From NCBI GenBank assembly GCA_965250115.1, contig CBDFNJ010000002.1, positions 270,966 to 334,965 of the forward strand: a stretch of DNA of 64,000 nt, in the 5' to 3' direction. The notes under the pieces were generated by a model. The model was not told where the DNA came from, made no database searches, and saw only the letters and a list, made by a program, of their open reading frames with translations. The position numbers and the translations under genes are program-made. Shown here piece by piece: positions 28,549 to 39,416 of this stretch (position 1 is the first letter of the stretch; every line of letters starts with the position of its first letter). Source of the DNA: Candidatus Marinacidobacterales bacterium (GTDB taxonomy: Bacteria > Acidobacteriota > Vicinamibacteria > Marinacidobacterales > SMYC01).

Positions 28549-30000
28549 CTAATTTCCTAAGTTTCCACCGAGAACGGCGCGGCCCGGGCTAACGCCTTCC
28601 ACCAGCTCCCCATCCCTGAGAACGAACGTCCCGTCGACGAGCACGTGGATTATCCCTTGCGAGGGGGTGTCTCCTTTCGTGTAGGTCGACAGATCGAGGA
28701 CCGTGGCGGGATCGAAGATCGCGAGGTCGGCGTCGGCGCCTACTTGGACCCGGCCTTTTTTTCTCATGGCCGGAGCTGCGCCTTCGACCCTCTGCGCCGG
28801 AAGGATCGTCATCTTGCCAATCGCATCCATCAGGCCCAGCGCCTGGCGCTCGCGCACGTAGCGGCCGAGCACGCGCGCATAGGTGCCGGCGCCCCGCGGG
28901 TGAGCGGGTCCATAGAGGAAGGGGATGCCGTCGCTCGCAACGATGACGTCCGGCTGTGCTGTAATCCATTCGTTGGTCGTTTCGTTGCGCCCGTGGATGA
29001 TGACCCACCCGCCTTCGGCACGGTACTTCGTGAACGTCTCCGTCGTGAGCCGCTCGCCCGTCAGCGGCCATTGGAGCCTTTGATACTCCGCATCCGTGAG
29101 GTCTTGCCAAGAGTCGAAGAGGGCCGATTGGATGAGGGTCGAGCCGGCGGTATACGGGTAGGCTTCCGTCGTGACGTCGAGCCCCCGCTCGCGCGCCCCG
29201 CGGATCATCCACAATGTGACCTTCACAAGCTCGTCGGAGCTGCTGTTGAGGTGGACGATGTGCGCCGCGACGCCGGTGGACGCTGCGTTCGAGAGGACTT
29301 CTTGAAACGCGCCCAACGTTCCGCCGGAGTTTTCTCCGCGGACGTGAATGTAAATAGGAACGCCGCGCTCGGCGGCGAGCTCGAACATTTGAAGGATCTC
29401 GATACGCGAGGCGCCCGGGGTGTAGGTCAAGCCGAATCCGATCCCGAGCGCACCTTCGTCCAATCCTGCGGCCAGCATCACGCGGAGCTGTCGGCTCTCG
29501 TCGTCCGTGGCCTCCTTGTAAGCGTGTTGGCCATCGTTGAGCTTCGACTGCTCGTCCGGTGGAAGCGTCGGGAGATGCTTGAGAGCGACGCCGTCCATGA
29601 GCTTGGCGCGCGCAGGCCAATGCCCCACGGTCGCGCCATAGTGGATGAGAGCACCTTCGCGCGAAGCGAGCCAGTCGCCCATCGGATAAACGCCGACTTC
29701 CATCTCGAGCGCCGTCGTGACCCCGTCGGCAGCTTGAAGGCGATTGCTGACCGGGTCCTGGCCGTGGGCGTGGAGATCGATGAATCCCGGCGCCACGACG
29801 AGCCCCGCGGCATCGATGACTTCGCGGCCCTCGAGCGGCGATTCGGAGATGGTGGTGATCGTGCCGTCCGCAATACCGACGTTTCGAACTGCGTCGAGCC
29901 CCGTCTCCGGATCCATCAGGCGTCCACCCTCGATGACGACGTCGAGCTCCTGGGCGGTCGTGAGCGACGCTAGAAACAGAGCGATGATCCACTTGGTCAT
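28549..30000 (-). CDS. N-acyl-D-amino-acid deacylase (D-aminoacylase) family amidohydrolase, secreted
   Basis: Signal peptide [28 protein letters not shown] metal-binding motif; 483 aa. Start re-set to Met8 of the track ORF. Confidence 0.8.
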   Translation of the reverse strand: MTKWIIALFLASLTTAQELDVVIEGGRLMDPETGLDAVRNVGIADGTITTISESPLEGREVIDAAGLVVAPGFIDLHAHGQDPVSNRLQAADGVTTALEMEVGVYPMGDWLASREGALIHYGATVGHWPARAKLMDGVALKHLPTLPPDEQSKLNDGQHAYKEATDDESRQLRVMLAAGLDEGALGIGFGLTYTPGASRIEILQMFELAAERGVPIYIHVRGENSGGTLGAFQEVLSNAASTGVAAHIVHLNSSSDELVKVTLWMIRGARERGLDVTTEAYPYTAGSTLIQSALFDSWQDLTDAEYQRLQWPLTGERLTTETFTKYRAEGGWVIIHGRNETTNEWITAQPDVIVASDGIPFLYGPAHPRGAGTYARVLGRYVRERQALGLMDAIGKMTILPAQRVEGAAPAMRKKGRVQVGADADLAIFDPATVLDLSTYTKGDTPSQGIIHVLVDGTFVLRDGELVEGVSPGRAVLGGNLGN

Positions 30001-30229
30001 GGAGTCGAAGGATAGGAGCAAACCCGGGCGAGTGCAACGTCATTCGCGGCGGAACCTACGACGCCGAGCGACTTATGTTCGGCTCGGACTGGCCGGTCTG
30101 CACACTGGCAGCGCCCTATGCCGAAGTGTTATTACTCGTCGAGGAGTGGGTGAAGGCTTTTCACCGAAGAGCAATCGGCCATCCTCGGCGACAACGGCGC
30201 CCGTTTCTACGGGCTTCGCGAGTAAAACC

Positions 30230-31420
30230 ATGAAGAAACTGATCATCGTCGCGGGTCTCTTCGCCCTTGCCTGCGAGCACGAGGACGAAGTTGTGAGCTT
30301 CGGAGACGACGTTTCTTTCTTGCGGCAGTACACGGACGTGGTCGTCCTTTCCGACGGTGAATCCCAGCTGGCGGTGGTGCCGCTCTACCAGGGCCGGGTG
30401 ATGACGAGCACCGCTGGCGGTCCCGACGGTGCGAGCTACGGCTGGATCCACCGGAAAGCCATCGCCTCCAGCGACCGGCAGCCGCACATCGACGTGTTCG
30501 GTGGAGAAGATCGCTTCTGGCTCGGCCCGGAGGGCGGGCAGTTCTCCATCTTCTTCGCACGCGGCGACCCCTTCGATCTGGAGCACTGGCAAGTGCCGGA
30601 GCCCATCGACTGGGGCGGTTGGGAACTCGCCAGCCAGGCCGAGGGCGAAGCTCGCTTCACAAAAGGGATGACCCTCGTCAACTACTCGGGGACCCGGTTG
30701 CAGCTCGGTGTGGAGCGATCCGTGCGGCTTCTGAGCCGGCCCGAGGGTCTCGATCTGGACGCGATACACGACAGCCGATTCGTCGCCTTCGAATCGATCA
30801 ATACGATCACCAACACCGGACCGGACCCATGGACGAAGGAGTCCGGGCTTCTCTCGGTGTGGATTCTCGGCATGTTCAACCCGTCTCCCGAAACGACCGT
30901 CGTGATTCCGTTCCGGCCAGGATCGGAGGCTTCGCTCGGGTCCATCGTCAACGACGCCTATTTTGGCATGGTTCCTGCCGAGCGCCTGGTCGTGCGGGAT
31001 GACGCGCTCTTCTTCCGGGGAGATGGTCTCTACCGGAGCAAGATCGGCATCGCCCCCGCCCGGGCACGACCCGTGATGGGGAGCTACGACGAGAGCCGAC
31101 GCCTTCTCACCCTGGTGCATTACACGTTGCCGGACAATGCGACTGACTACGTCAACTCCATGTGGGGGATTCAGGACGAGCCCTACCGGGGCGATGCGGT
31201 GAACAGCTACAACGATGGGCCGCCGGAGCCTGGTGCGCCGCCCCTTGGACCGTTTTACGAGCTCGAGTCCTCCTCTCCGGCGGCCGCGCTCGAGCCGGGA
31301 GGAAGACTCACCCACGTCCACCGAACGGTCCACATCGAAGGGCCGGAGGACGAGCTTGACGCCGTGGCCCGGACGGCGCTCGGCGTCGCACTCGAGGCGA
31401 TCAAGGCCGCCTTTCCATAG
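30230..31420 (+). CDS. Hypothetical lipoprotein (start re-set; the track's 558-aa ORF has a spurious N-terminal extension)
   Basis: [15 protein letters not shown] signal plus Cys. No family recognised. Confidence 0.55.
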   Translation: MKKLIIVAGLFALACEHEDEVVSFGDDVSFLRQYTDVVVLSDGESQLAVVPLYQGRVMTSTAGGPDGASYGWIHRKAIASSDRQPHIDVFGGEDRFWLGPEGGQFSIFFARGDPFDLEHWQVPEPIDWGGWELASQAEGEARFTKGMTLVNYSGTRLQLGVERSVRLLSRPEGLDLDAIHDSRFVAFESINTITNTGPDPWTKESGLLSVWILGMFNPSPETTVVIPFRPGSEASLGSIVNDAYFGMVPAERLVVRDDALFFRGDGLYRSKIGIAPARARPVMGSYDESRRLLTLVHYTLPDNATDYVNSMWGIQDEPYRGDAVNSYNDGPPEPGAPPLGPFYELESSSPAAALEPGGRLTHVHRTVHIEGPEDELDAVARTALGVALEAIKAAFP

Positions 31421-31432
31421 AGAGAGGGTGCG

Positions 31433-32449
31433 GTGGAGCCATTCGAGCGCGTTGAGATCGGACAGACGGGGCTCACCGTTCCCCGGCTCGGACTGGGCGG
31501 CGCCCCGCTCGGTGGCCTCTACGAGAGCGTTCCCGAGGAAGAGGCGCGCAACGCTGTGGACACCGCCTATCGTGCCGGGATTCGCTTCTACGACACGTCA
31601 CCCTACTACGGTCATGGACGATGTGAGGAGCGTTTCGGTCGCTATCTGGCAAGCCACCCCCGCGGGGATTACGTCCTGTCCAGCAAGGTGGGACGTGTGC
31701 TAATCCCCTGTGATCGCGTCTCCATCGAGGATAATCAGTTTCGCGACGCCACCGGGTACAACCCGGTATTCGATTTCACCCGGGACGGCGTCATGCGCTC
31801 GTTCGAGAGCAGCCTGGAACGGCTGCGGGTCGATCGTCTCGACATCGTGCACATCCACGACCCGGACGCTCACTACGAGCAGGCCCTCCTGGAAGCCTAT
31901 CAGGCGGTGGCGAGGCTGAAGGAGCAAGGACGGGTCCGGGCCGTCGGCGTCGGCATGAACCAATGGGAAGCCCTTCGCGACTTTGCCCGGGATGCAGATT
32001 TCGACTGCCTCCTGGTGGCCGGGCGATACACGCTTCTGGATCAAAGCGCGCTGGCCGAGCTCATGCCGCTCTGCTCGGAGCGAGGAGTGAGTGTCATTAT
32101 CGGTGGACCCTACAACAGCGGGATCCTCGCCACCGGGAGTCAGCGCCGCACCCACTTCGACTACGAGCCCGCCGCCGCGGACATGCTCGAGAAGACACAA
32201 CGCCTGGAAGCCGTCTGCGCCCGGCACGGAGTACCTCTCAAGGCGGCGGCGCTTCAGTTCCCGTTCGGCCACCCAGCCGTTGTTGCCGTCATACCTGGGG
32301 CTCGAAGTGCATCCGAGGTCGAAGAGAACGTCGCGATGATGTCCCACCCCATCCCGACCGATCTATGGAGGGAGCTTCAGGGAGAGGGACTGTTGGCTGC
32401 CGACACTCCGTTGCCCTGGTGGGTCGAATCATCCGATCCGCATTCGTGA
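31433..32449 (+). CDS. Aldo/keto reductase
   Basis: LGLGGAPLGG ... FYDTSPYYGHGRCEERFG ... IHDPD, with the AKR catalytic tetrad context. Confidence 0.85.
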   Translation: MEPFERVEIGQTGLTVPRLGLGGAPLGGLYESVPEEEARNAVDTAYRAGIRFYDTSPYYGHGRCEERFGRYLASHPRGDYVLSSKVGRVLIPCDRVSIEDNQFRDATGYNPVFDFTRDGVMRSFESSLERLRVDRLDIVHIHDPDAHYEQALLEAYQAVARLKEQGRVRAVGVGMNQWEALRDFARDADFDCLLVAGRYTLLDQSALAELMPLCSERGVSVIIGGPYNSGILATGSQRRTHFDYEPAAADMLEKTQRLEAVCARHGVPLKAAALQFPFGHPAVVAVIPGARSASEVEENVAMMSHPIPTDLWRELQGEGLLAADTPLPWWVESSDPHS

Positions 32450-32542
32450 TCCAACTCACCAACCTTTGTGTGGCGAATTCGTAGTTTGTCGCATAAATCG
32501 GCGGATATAGGTTTCTGGGCTGACCGTAGGCGTCAACGCCAA

Positions 32543-33863
32543 TCAGGGGCGATGGATGGCTCTCCAGATCCGGCCTGTCACGGAGTCGGACACGTAGAGC
32601 GAACCGTCGGGTCCCTCGGCTACGCCCGTGGGGCGGAAGCGCGCGTCTCTCGGGCTCTCGAGCACGTCGGCGCCCGTGAACCCGTCAGCAAAGACCTCCC
32701 ACTCGCCCGAGGGGGCGCCGTCGTTCATGGGAACGAAAACGATGTTGTAGCCTCCCTGCGGTAGCGGGGCACGATTCCATGACCCGTGGAAGGCGATGAA
32801 GGCGCCGCCGCGATAGCGCTCGGGAAACTGGTCGCCGTCATAGAAAATGAGATCGTTGGGACCCCAGTGTCCAGGGAAAGTGGCGAGCGGCTCTGGAGCC
32901 AATGTCACAGTCGCCCAACTTTTTCCCGTCGCCCCCGTACTCGGGTGCGAGGATCTTCTGTCCCTGCGCGTCGTCGTAGCAATAGGGCCACATGAAGTCG
33001 GCGCCATCCTCGAGCTTCAAGAGCTCCTCGGCCGGATTCTCTGCGTTGTACTCTGCGTCGAAGTGTTCGGGCCAGAGCGTCTCGAGCTGATCGCGCCAGT
33101 GCTGCACGACGTAGACGGCCTTCGAAGTCTCGTGCCAGGCGATCGCCACCGAGTTTCTGATGCCGTTCGAATAGCGATAGCCGTCGTCCTTCTGGGTCTG
33201 GCCCGCTCGATTCGTCTCGAAACGCCAGATCGAAGCCTGCCATTCCCTCTGTGGGCAGGGGTTCTGACCCGGTGAGCCCTTCGTGCGTACCTCCTGCTGG
33301 CAGGCGTTGGACGGTGCGCCGACGTTCACGAAGAGATGGCCCTGATCGTTGAAGGCAAATGGCTTCACCGCGTGTGTGCTCTGTTCGGGAAAGCCGTCGA
33401 TGAACGTCTCGAGCTCACCTTCGGGCACGAGCGCGCCCGGGGTCATCTCGTAACGAAGAATCGAGCTATTGGTCCCGAAATACAGGTAGCCGTCGTGAAT
33501 TTCGATGGCGGTTCCGTAGTGATCCCCGAATTGCTCGCGGACGTCGGCGCGGCCGTCACCGTCGGTGTCGCGCAGCGCCACCACGCCCCCCGCTCCCTCC
33601 GACGAGCGAAGCGCCACGTAGATGTCCCCGTTGTCGTGGACCCAGAGGTGCCGCGCCCGACCGATCTCGTCGGCCACGACGATGGCGCAAAAACCGTTGG
33701 GCAGGGCGATACCGCCGTTGTCCGGATCGCAGCTCAGCGATACCACATCGGCGTGGTTCTCGGTTGTTTCCGCGGATTCTGGTGCATCCGGTCCGGAATG
33801 CTCGGACGCACAGGCGCCGAGGAACAGGACCAGGAAGACGATAGCGAGGCGGCGGTGTAACAT
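32543..33863 (-). CDS. PQQ-dependent sugar (sorbosone/glucose-type) dehydrogenase lipoprotein. The reading frame shifts near 32900..32912; the track lists 32838..34034 and 32543..33007.
   Basis: Lipobox FLGAC. ...YGGDGKKLGDCD then a frame switch to TLAPEPLATFPGHWGPNDLIFYDGDQFPERYRGGAFIAFHGSWNRAP, the soluble quinoprotein dehydrogenase C-terminal motifs. Confidence 0.7.
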
Positions 33864-34032
33864 GAAGCATCTCCTTGATTTCGGGTCATTGATACCGCGC
33901 TCGGGTCGGGCCGTCAACGTCGAAAGAGTCGAATTCGAGCCGTCAAAAAGTTCGCCTCGAGGTCTGCTATGCTCCAAGCGTGACGGAGCTCGCGGGCTCG
34001 TGAGCGCGGGTCTCGAATTAAGGAGAGACGAC

Positions 34033-34320
34033 ATGTCCGCATATCTTATCGTTCGCGTTCAGATCACAAATCCGGATGCCTATGCGGCCTACAAGAAGCT
34101 CGCGGCTCCCGCCATCGAGCAATACGGCGGCCGCTACCTCGCCCGCGGTGGACGTACCGTCACACTGGAAGGGCCGGAGGAGCGGGGACGCATCGTGGTC
34201 GTCGAGTTTCCGAGCGTCGAGCAAGCTCAAACGTTCTACCGCTCGCCCGAGTATCAGAAGGCCATCGAGGTGCGCACGGGGGCTGCAAACGGACAGTTCG
34301 TCGTCGTCGAAGGCGCCTAG
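34033..34320 (+). CDS. DUF1330 domain protein
   Basis: MSAYLIVRVQITNPDAYAAYKK... 95 aa; AGGAGA ribosome-binding site 8 nt upstream. Confidence 0.65.
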   Translation: MSAYLIVRVQITNPDAYAAYKKLAAPAIEQYGGRYLARGGRTVTLEGPEERGRIVVVEFPSVEQAQTFYRSPEYQKAIEVRTGAANGQFVVVEGA

Positions 34321-34337
34321 CGAATGGCCGTCGAGCC

Positions 34338-34910
34338 ATGATGGGTCGCAAGGGTGTCGCGGTCCTCACCCTTTTTCTCGCTGTCATCCTGGTCGCGCTC
34401 TACCTCCACGGGGCGAATCTGGAGGAACGGGCTTATTCGGATAAGCTCGAAGACTACGAGAAGGGGGAGTCCGTATACGCGAACGTCGCGCGCAAGAGCG
34501 GCGGCGATCAACTGTTTCTGGAACCTGACTGCCAGACCGTCGATTTCCTCTTGTTCACGTCGCCGGGCTCAGAAGAGACCAATCAGGTAATTTGGACCTG
34601 CGCCCAGAATCGAACCGCGACTACCGTCACGACGACGGCAGAAGCCATGCTGATGATCGGGGCCGGCGAGCTTCCCGATGCGACTGAATCCTTGGGGTTC
34701 GTGGCCCTGGGCCAGCTAGGCGACTCCGCGCTCGAGCTCTCTGCCGAGAAATGCGAGGGCTACGCGGCTCTCTTTCGAAAGCTCAGCCCCGATCCGGATG
34801 CGATACCGCCCGCTCCTACGATCCGGCCCCGCTGCGAGCCCTCCGGCTCGACTGTTCGATTGCATCTCGACATGACTACACTTCCGCCGCTGCGAGTGCT
34901 GCGCCGATGA
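34338..34910 (+). CDS. Hypothetical membrane-anchored protein (coding status uncertain; the 3' end overlaps ppgK on the opposite strand)
   Basis: One N-terminal transmembrane segment ([17 protein letters not shown]); no family recognised. Confidence 0.35.
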   Translation: MMGRKGVAVLTLFLAVILVALYLHGANLEERAYSDKLEDYEKGESVYANVARKSGGDQLFLEPDCQTVDFLLFTSPGSEETNQVIWTCAQNRTATTVTTTAEAMLMIGAGELPDATESLGFVALGQLGDSALELSAEKCEGYAALFRKLSPDPDAIPPAPTIRPRCEPSGSTVRLHLDMTTLPPLRVLRR

Positions 34911-35610
34911 TCCCGGCCCGATTGCGTAGCTCGGCGGGAACGATCTCGCAGGGCACGGACAGATATCGGCTGAACTTCTCGAACTTCTTGCTCGCGCCGC
35001 CTCCGACGATGACTAGCTCGGGCCAGAAGTAGGCGTGCATGCGATTCAGGTAGACGTTCACCCGCCGGCCCCACTCCTTCCAGCTCAAGTCCTTTTCGAC
35101 GCGCACTTTCTCCGAGGCCCAACGCTCCGCCTCGCGACCGTCGAGCTCGAGGTGGCCGAGCTCAGTGTTCGGCACGAGCTTCCCGTCGACGAAGAGAGCC
35201 GTTCCGATGCCGGTTCCGAAGGCGAGCATCAAGACGACGCCGCTTCGGCCTCTTCCAGCGCCGAAGCGCATTTCGGCGAGGCCCGCCGCGTCGGCGTCGT
35301 TCACCATCGTGAAGGAGCACCCGGTAGATTTCTCGAAGATCTCGGCCGCGGGCGCGCCGATCCACTTCTTCGAGACGTTGGCCGCCGTGCGTACGACGCC
35401 CGAGTCGACGATCCCCGGAAATCCACAACCCACAGGACCTTTCCAATCGAAGTGTCGTACGATCCCGACGACTACCGAGGCGACCGACTCCGGGGTCGAG
35501 GGACTGGGAGTCGAAATGCGTTGACGCTCGGCGACGAGATCACCTTTACTCATATCGACCGGAGCTCCCTTGATTCCGGTCCCACCGATGTCGATCCCCA
35601 GGACTTTCAC
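34876..35610 (-). CDS. ppgK: ROK-family polyphosphate glucokinase
   Basis: [19 protein letters not shown] ... ROK signature with CGFPGIVD; about 244 aa. Confidence 0.75.
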   Translation of the reverse strand: MKVLGIDIGGTGIKGAPVDMSKGDLVAERQRISTPSPSTPESVASVVVGIVRHFDWKGPVGCGFPGIVDSGVVRTAANVSKKWIGAPAAEIFEKSTGCSFTMVNDADAAGLAEMRFGAGRGRSGVVLMLAFGTGIGTALFVDGKLVPNTELGHLELDGREAERWASEKVRVEKDLSWKEWGRRVNVYLNRMHAYFWPELVIVGGGASKKFEKFSRYLSVPCEIVPAELRNRAGIIGAALAAAEV

Positions 35611-35620
35611 GTATGACGGA

Positions 35621-36121
35621 TTAAATCACGGGTAGTGCTCCCATCACCAGAATCGAGAGCGTCCGAGACCTGGGCCCGTCGAGCTCCACGAGAAACAGCC
35701 GCTGCCACTCCCCGAGCTCTGCGACGCCTTCGGAAATATTCAACGTCTCGGAGGCGCCGAGCAGGAGCGCTCGAGCGTGGGCGTCGCCGTTCGGCTTCTC
35801 GTCCGGAGCCATCCGCTGGAAGCGCCGTGCGTCGAGGTCGTTGTGCCGATAGGCGTCGTCGCGGGGCGCCCAGGACTCCAGACGATCCTCGAAGTCCCGC
35901 ATCAGAAGGTCCTCGTTCTCGTTGAGAACGACGGCGGTGGTGGTGTGTTTGGTGTGAACGTTGACGACGCCGTAGGCGACGCCAGAGCGCCGCACCCGCT
36001 CCCGGACGAGCTCGGTGATGTCGATGAACTGAACCCGTTGTCGAGTCACGAGATCGACGCGATCGTGACAGAGCTTGAGGTCCGCTTCGGTTCTTTCGTG
36101 CGTGAACTGTGGAAGTCTCAT
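35621..36121 (-). CDS. yjbQ: YjbQ/UPF0047 family protein (secondary thiamine-phosphate synthase family)
   Basis: [21 protein letters not shown] is conserved in the YjbQ family. Confidence 0.75.
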   Translation of the reverse strand: MRLPQFTHERTEADLKLCHDRVDLVTRQRVQFIDITELVRERVRRSGVAYGVVNVHTKHTTTAVVLNENEDLLMRDFEDRLESWAPRDDAYRHNDLDARRFQRMAPDEKPNGDAHARALLLGASETLNISEGVAELGEWQRLFLVELDGPRSRTLSILVMGALPVI

Positions 36122-36185
36122 GCGGACCAGACTACCGATCCCCGCCCGCTCTGAAATGAGGGAAATGTGAGGGTGCCCTGAGATT

Positions 36186-36256
36186 GGGGTCAGTCCTGAG
36201 CAACTTGACTCGGGTAGAAAAGTAACACCCGAGTCAAGTTGTTCAGGACTGACCCC
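36186..36256. repeat. Palindromic intergenic element, copy 2 of 3: 30-bp stems with one mismatch and an 11-nt loop
   Basis: GGGGTCAGTCCTGAGCAACTTGACTCGGGT [agaaaagtaac] ACCCGAGTCAAGTTGTTCAGGACTGACCCC. Confidence 0.9.
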
Positions 36257-36266
36257 CGCCGCGCTT

Positions 36267-37124
36267 CTAGAAGCTCACCACCAATGCGACGGAGAAAAAC
36301 GTGTCCAACTCGTCCGCAGGAACGGGCACGAGTATATCGAGCGTGTTCCCTGGCGGAAACTCCAAGGGCGCCTCGATGAAGGACGGCTGGTTGTCGAATA
36401 GAAACTGAAGACTTACTTTGAGCGCCAAGCGCGCGTTCATCGCCACGGCGAGCGCAGTCAAGGAATCGAGCCGGAAGTCAGCGGTCTCATTCAGGTTCTC
36501 GTCCGCGATCGTTACATTGGTCAGAGTCGTATTCCCCGTAAGCTTTCTCATGAAGTCCGAGGAGAGTCGCATGCCGGCGAAGGTCTCGACCTCCGCGACC
36601 GTTCCCTCCTCTCGAGTGACACTGAGACCGTAGTCGGTGCGCCACCGGGTCGAGTCGACGTCGTACCAGATGTTACCGACGCCACCCGCGCCAAAAGTTC
36701 GATTGCGGATGCCCGCGAACTCGTTGCGGCTCCAGCCCCCCGTGCCGTAGAGGAAGAATCGGTCGGTCAGGTTCCGATCGTATTTCCCTCGCGCGAGGTA
36801 GTTCTCGGCCGTGACGTCCTTGACGACGCTCTTTTGAACCTCGAAGTCGTCGCGTGACGATCCGACCGGCGTCCTCGTGATGACACCGGTCTCGGTTCGG
36901 AGCCCGGCAACCTCGATCAGAAGTCTCGCATTGTCCCAGTCATGTGAAAGATCGTTGCGGAAGCCGAAGGTGCTCGTCTGTGAGTTGCCAGAGGTAAGAA
37001 CGAGGGATAGCTCGGCCTTGTCCGCCCAACCGAGCTTCTTCTCTTCTTTGTCTTGGGCGACGGCCGCCGTCGAAGCCAGGCTGCCGCAGAAGAGCACCAT
37101 GACCGAAAAGGCACGTAGTTTCAT
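36267..37124 (-). CDS. DUF481 outer-membrane beta-barrel protein
   Basis: Signal peptide; alternating beta-strand pattern; C-terminal ...ALVVSF aromatic terminus. Confidence 0.7.
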   Translation of the reverse strand: MKLRAFSVMVLFCGSLASTAAVAQDKEEKKLGWADKAELSLVLTSGNSQTSTFGFRNDLSHDWDNARLLIEVAGLRTETGVITRTPVGSSRDDFEVQKSVVKDVTAENYLARGKYDRNLTDRFFLYGTGGWSRNEFAGIRNRTFGAGGVGNIWYDVDSTRWRTDYGLSVTREEGTVAEVETFAGMRLSSDFMRKLTGNTTLTNVTIADENLNETADFRLDSLTALAVAMNARLALKVSLQFLFDNQPSFIEAPLEFPPGNTLDILVPVPADELDTFFSVALVVSF

Positions 37125-37191
37125 TCAAAAGTCTCCAGAAGGGGTCCCGCAAGAAGTTGTGTCGGGCCGTTAGTTTACGGGCAAAGGCGCG

Positions 37192-38553
37192 CTATTCACC
37201 ACCGTTTTGCGCGGTCCGCGTCCGATGGCGTCCGGTGAGCCCCCACACCAGGCCGACGCCGAACAGGAAGCCCTCGAAGCCACTGATGACCCCACGCGTC
37301 CAAATCCCTGGGTGACTTTCGCCGAGGAGGCGGGCAAGAGGCTCGAGCCGAACCTGCGATCCGGGGAAGCTATGTGCCATGAGGTCAATGCTCATGGCGC
37401 CCAGGTGATGGCCCGTCACGGCAAGAAGCAGACAGGCCAACGCGCCTACAAGACCGGCCGCGGCCGCCGCAGCGAGGCGAGCCCAACCGCGCGGCGTCGC
37501 CATGCCGCCCTGGCTCAGAGGGGTTCCCAGAGCGTATCCCGCTCCCATCGCCGCACCGATCACCAGTCCCTCGAAGCCGCCCGCGACGGGCGACAAATCG
37601 CGTCCGAACAACCCCTCCACCGTGAAACGTCCGACAAAATGAGCCAACCCTCCCACGAGCCCGCCACCCATCGCCCCAAGGGTCACGAGTGCCACGCCTC
37701 TGTAGGAGCGGACGAGCGCCTTGGCCCAAGCGAGTCCCCCTCCCACACCGAAAGCACCGAGCGCTCCCACGACGAGACCGACGAGCGGAAGCGCAACCAG
37801 AACGCTCGAAGTGGCGGTCGCGCCCGGTCCCCCCATGAGCACGAGCCCGCCGAGAAACCCGCCCACGAGTCCGCTCGCCGCCCCCCCGAGGGTCGCGCCG
37901 ATCCAGCGGCGCCGGACGAGTCCGCTGCTGTCTCGAGTGCGCAGCCCGACGAGCGCCCGAATCGCTCCCACAGAAGTCAGGGAGGCGGGCCCGACCTCGG
38001 CCAGGCTCCACCGAACATCTCTAACGATGGCGCGAGCCACCGGGTGGCCTTCGAGACGCCGCAATGCTTCCTCGCCACCGAGACGGAGCACCGTCTCGGC
38101 CGCTTCCCGCAACTCCTCCTCCTCTTCCTCCGTCGCCGGCATCTCCGCTCCGAGGAGACGCGAGACCGCCTGCTCGAGCTCCCCGTTCTCCGCCCCGAGC
38201 TCATCGGGCTCCTCGATGACGTCGGTATAGACGAAACGGTAGCCGTGACGCGAAACGGTACGAATGAAACGAGGTTCCTTCGCCCGATCGCCGAGACTCT
38301 TTCGCAGAATCCGGACCGCTTGCGTCAGAGCCCCATCGGTTACGATGACGTCGCTCCAAACGAAGTCGAAGATCTCGTCTTTGGACACGGCCTCGCTTCT
38401 CCGCGCGACGAGCAAGAGGAGCAGGTCGAAGTATCTCGGAATGAGCGGGACTTCCTTGTCGCCGCGCAGCAGCAGGCGTCTCGAGGGCGATAGCGTGAAC
38501 GGGCCGAAGCGGAAGCGTGGCAGCCTCACGAAAGCTCCAGAATACTCAGGCAC
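37192..38553 (-). CDS. CadC/ToxR-like winged-helix (OmpR/PhoB-type DNA-binding) regulator fused to a Gly-rich multi-transmembrane domain
   Basis: N-terminal FGPFTLSPSRRLLLRGDKEVPLIPRYFDLLLLLVARRSEAVSKDEIFDFVW...VSRHGYRFV (trans_reg_C). The C-terminal half has at least 6 Gly-zipper-rich hydrophobic segments. Confidence 0.65.
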   Translation of the reverse strand: MPEYSGAFVRLPRFRFGPFTLSPSRRLLLRGDKEVPLIPRYFDLLLLLVARRSEAVSKDEIFDFVWSDVIVTDGALTQAVRILRKSLGDRAKEPRFIRTVSRHGYRFVYTDVIEEPDELGAENGELEQAVSRLLGAEMPATEEEEEELREAAETVLRLGGEEALRRLEGHPVARAIVRDVRWSLAEVGPASLTSVGAIRALVGLRTRDSSGLVRRRWIGATLGGAASGLVGGFLGGLVLMGGPGATATSSVLVALPLVGLVVGALGAFGVGGGLAWAKALVRSYRGVALVTLGAMGGGLVGGLAHFVGRFTVEGLFGRDLSPVAGGFEGLVIGAAMGAGYALGTPLSQGGMATPRGWARLAAAAAAGLVGALACLLLAVTGHHLGAMSIDLMAHSFPGSQVRLEPLARLLGESHPGIWTRGVISGFEGFLFGVGLVWGLTGRHRTRTAQNGGE

Positions 38554-39332
38554 GCGATGAGGAGATCTTGACGCTCCGCGTGAACGACGGTGGAAAGTCG
38601 CAACGGCTGATCGGCTCGTCGCGTACGGAGTCCAGCGATGCCCTCCGGAAGCAATCGTCCTTGAAGCCCTTCGACCGCTTCAGCGACGACGCGCGCGGGC
38701 GAGCGTCGCTGGGCTTCCTCCAGGCGTGGCCAGCTCTCGAAGAAGCGTTCCAGATACTCTTCGACGAACCGGATCTCGCTCTCGCCGATCAGCGCAAACA
38801 GACGCGCCACACTGCGCTCGAACTGCTCGAAAGCGCGATAGGGAAGCTCGCGACCGACGTTCCGCTCGAATGTGATTAGCGCGCGCTCCATGGAGGCGAC
38901 TTTCAGCGGAACGAGCCAAGCTTCTCGAACGGCTTTGAGCTTGAGCTCTCGGGGGTAACCTTCGCCAGGCTCAGTCAGCGGCGGCTCCCCCAAAGGCTCC
39001 CCGGTGAGGAAGGTATGACGCTCGAGATCGTCGGCGATGTCCGATAAATAGTCCGCCGCTCGATAGTATCGGTTCGTGAGGGTGACGGCGACCACGCCTT
39101 CGGCTAGTCGCTTGAGCTCGCTCGTCTCCGACAGGTTGCCAATGGCGAAGAGGCGATCGACTTGAGAACGAAAGCTGCCCGCGTCAGAGAACGTCTGATT
39201 CCGCGCCGGACTCGAGCCGGTGTGACGTTCGAAGTGCAGGAGGCTCTCCGCGATCTCACGCTCATGGAGCTTCTTGCGTAGGGCGGCGGTGAGCTTCGAG
39301 ATCAAGCCCATAGGGCTTCTATGATCGCACAA
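38526..39332 (-). CDS. Hypothetical protein, co-directional with and immediately upstream of the CadC-like gene (28-nt overlap)
   Basis: 268 aa, helical, no family recognised; probable start at the internal MGLISKL. Confidence 0.45.
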   Translation of the reverse strand: MCDHRSPMGLISKLTAALRKKLHEREIAESLLHFERHTGSSPARNQTFSDAGSFRSQVDRLFAIGNLSETSELKRLAEGVVAVTLTNRYYRAADYLSDIADDLERHTFLTGEPLGEPPLTEPGEGYPRELKLKAVREAWLVPLKVASMERALITFERNVGRELPYRAFEQFERSVARLFALIGESEIRFVEEYLERFFESWPRLEEAQRRSPARVVAEAVEGLQGRLLPEGIAGLRTRRADQPLRLSTVVHAERQDLLIACLSILELS

Positions 39333-39358
39333 GACGCGGTTCTGACTCCCCTCCCGCC

Positions 39359-39386
39359 AAAAAAAGGCCCCGGCAGAAGCCGGGGC
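39359..39386 (-). terminator. Rho-independent terminator downstream of the BON gene
   Basis: On the minus strand: GCCCCGGC-TTCT-GCCGGGGCC hairpin followed by T7. Confidence 0.75.
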
Positions 39387-39416
39387 GGCATTCGTAGGAG
39401 TCAGCTTGTCAGAGCT

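Noticed and set aside
29744-31420. 558-aa ORF overlapping the D-aminoacylase gene
   Set aside because: The N-terminal 160 aa are antisense to the amidohydrolase. The real lipoprotein starts at the ATG at 30230 ([15 protein letters not shown]).
33622-34320. 232-aa plus-strand ORF
   Set aside because: Its 5' two-thirds is antisense to the PQQ-dehydrogenase gene. Only the DUF1330 part from 34033 is real.
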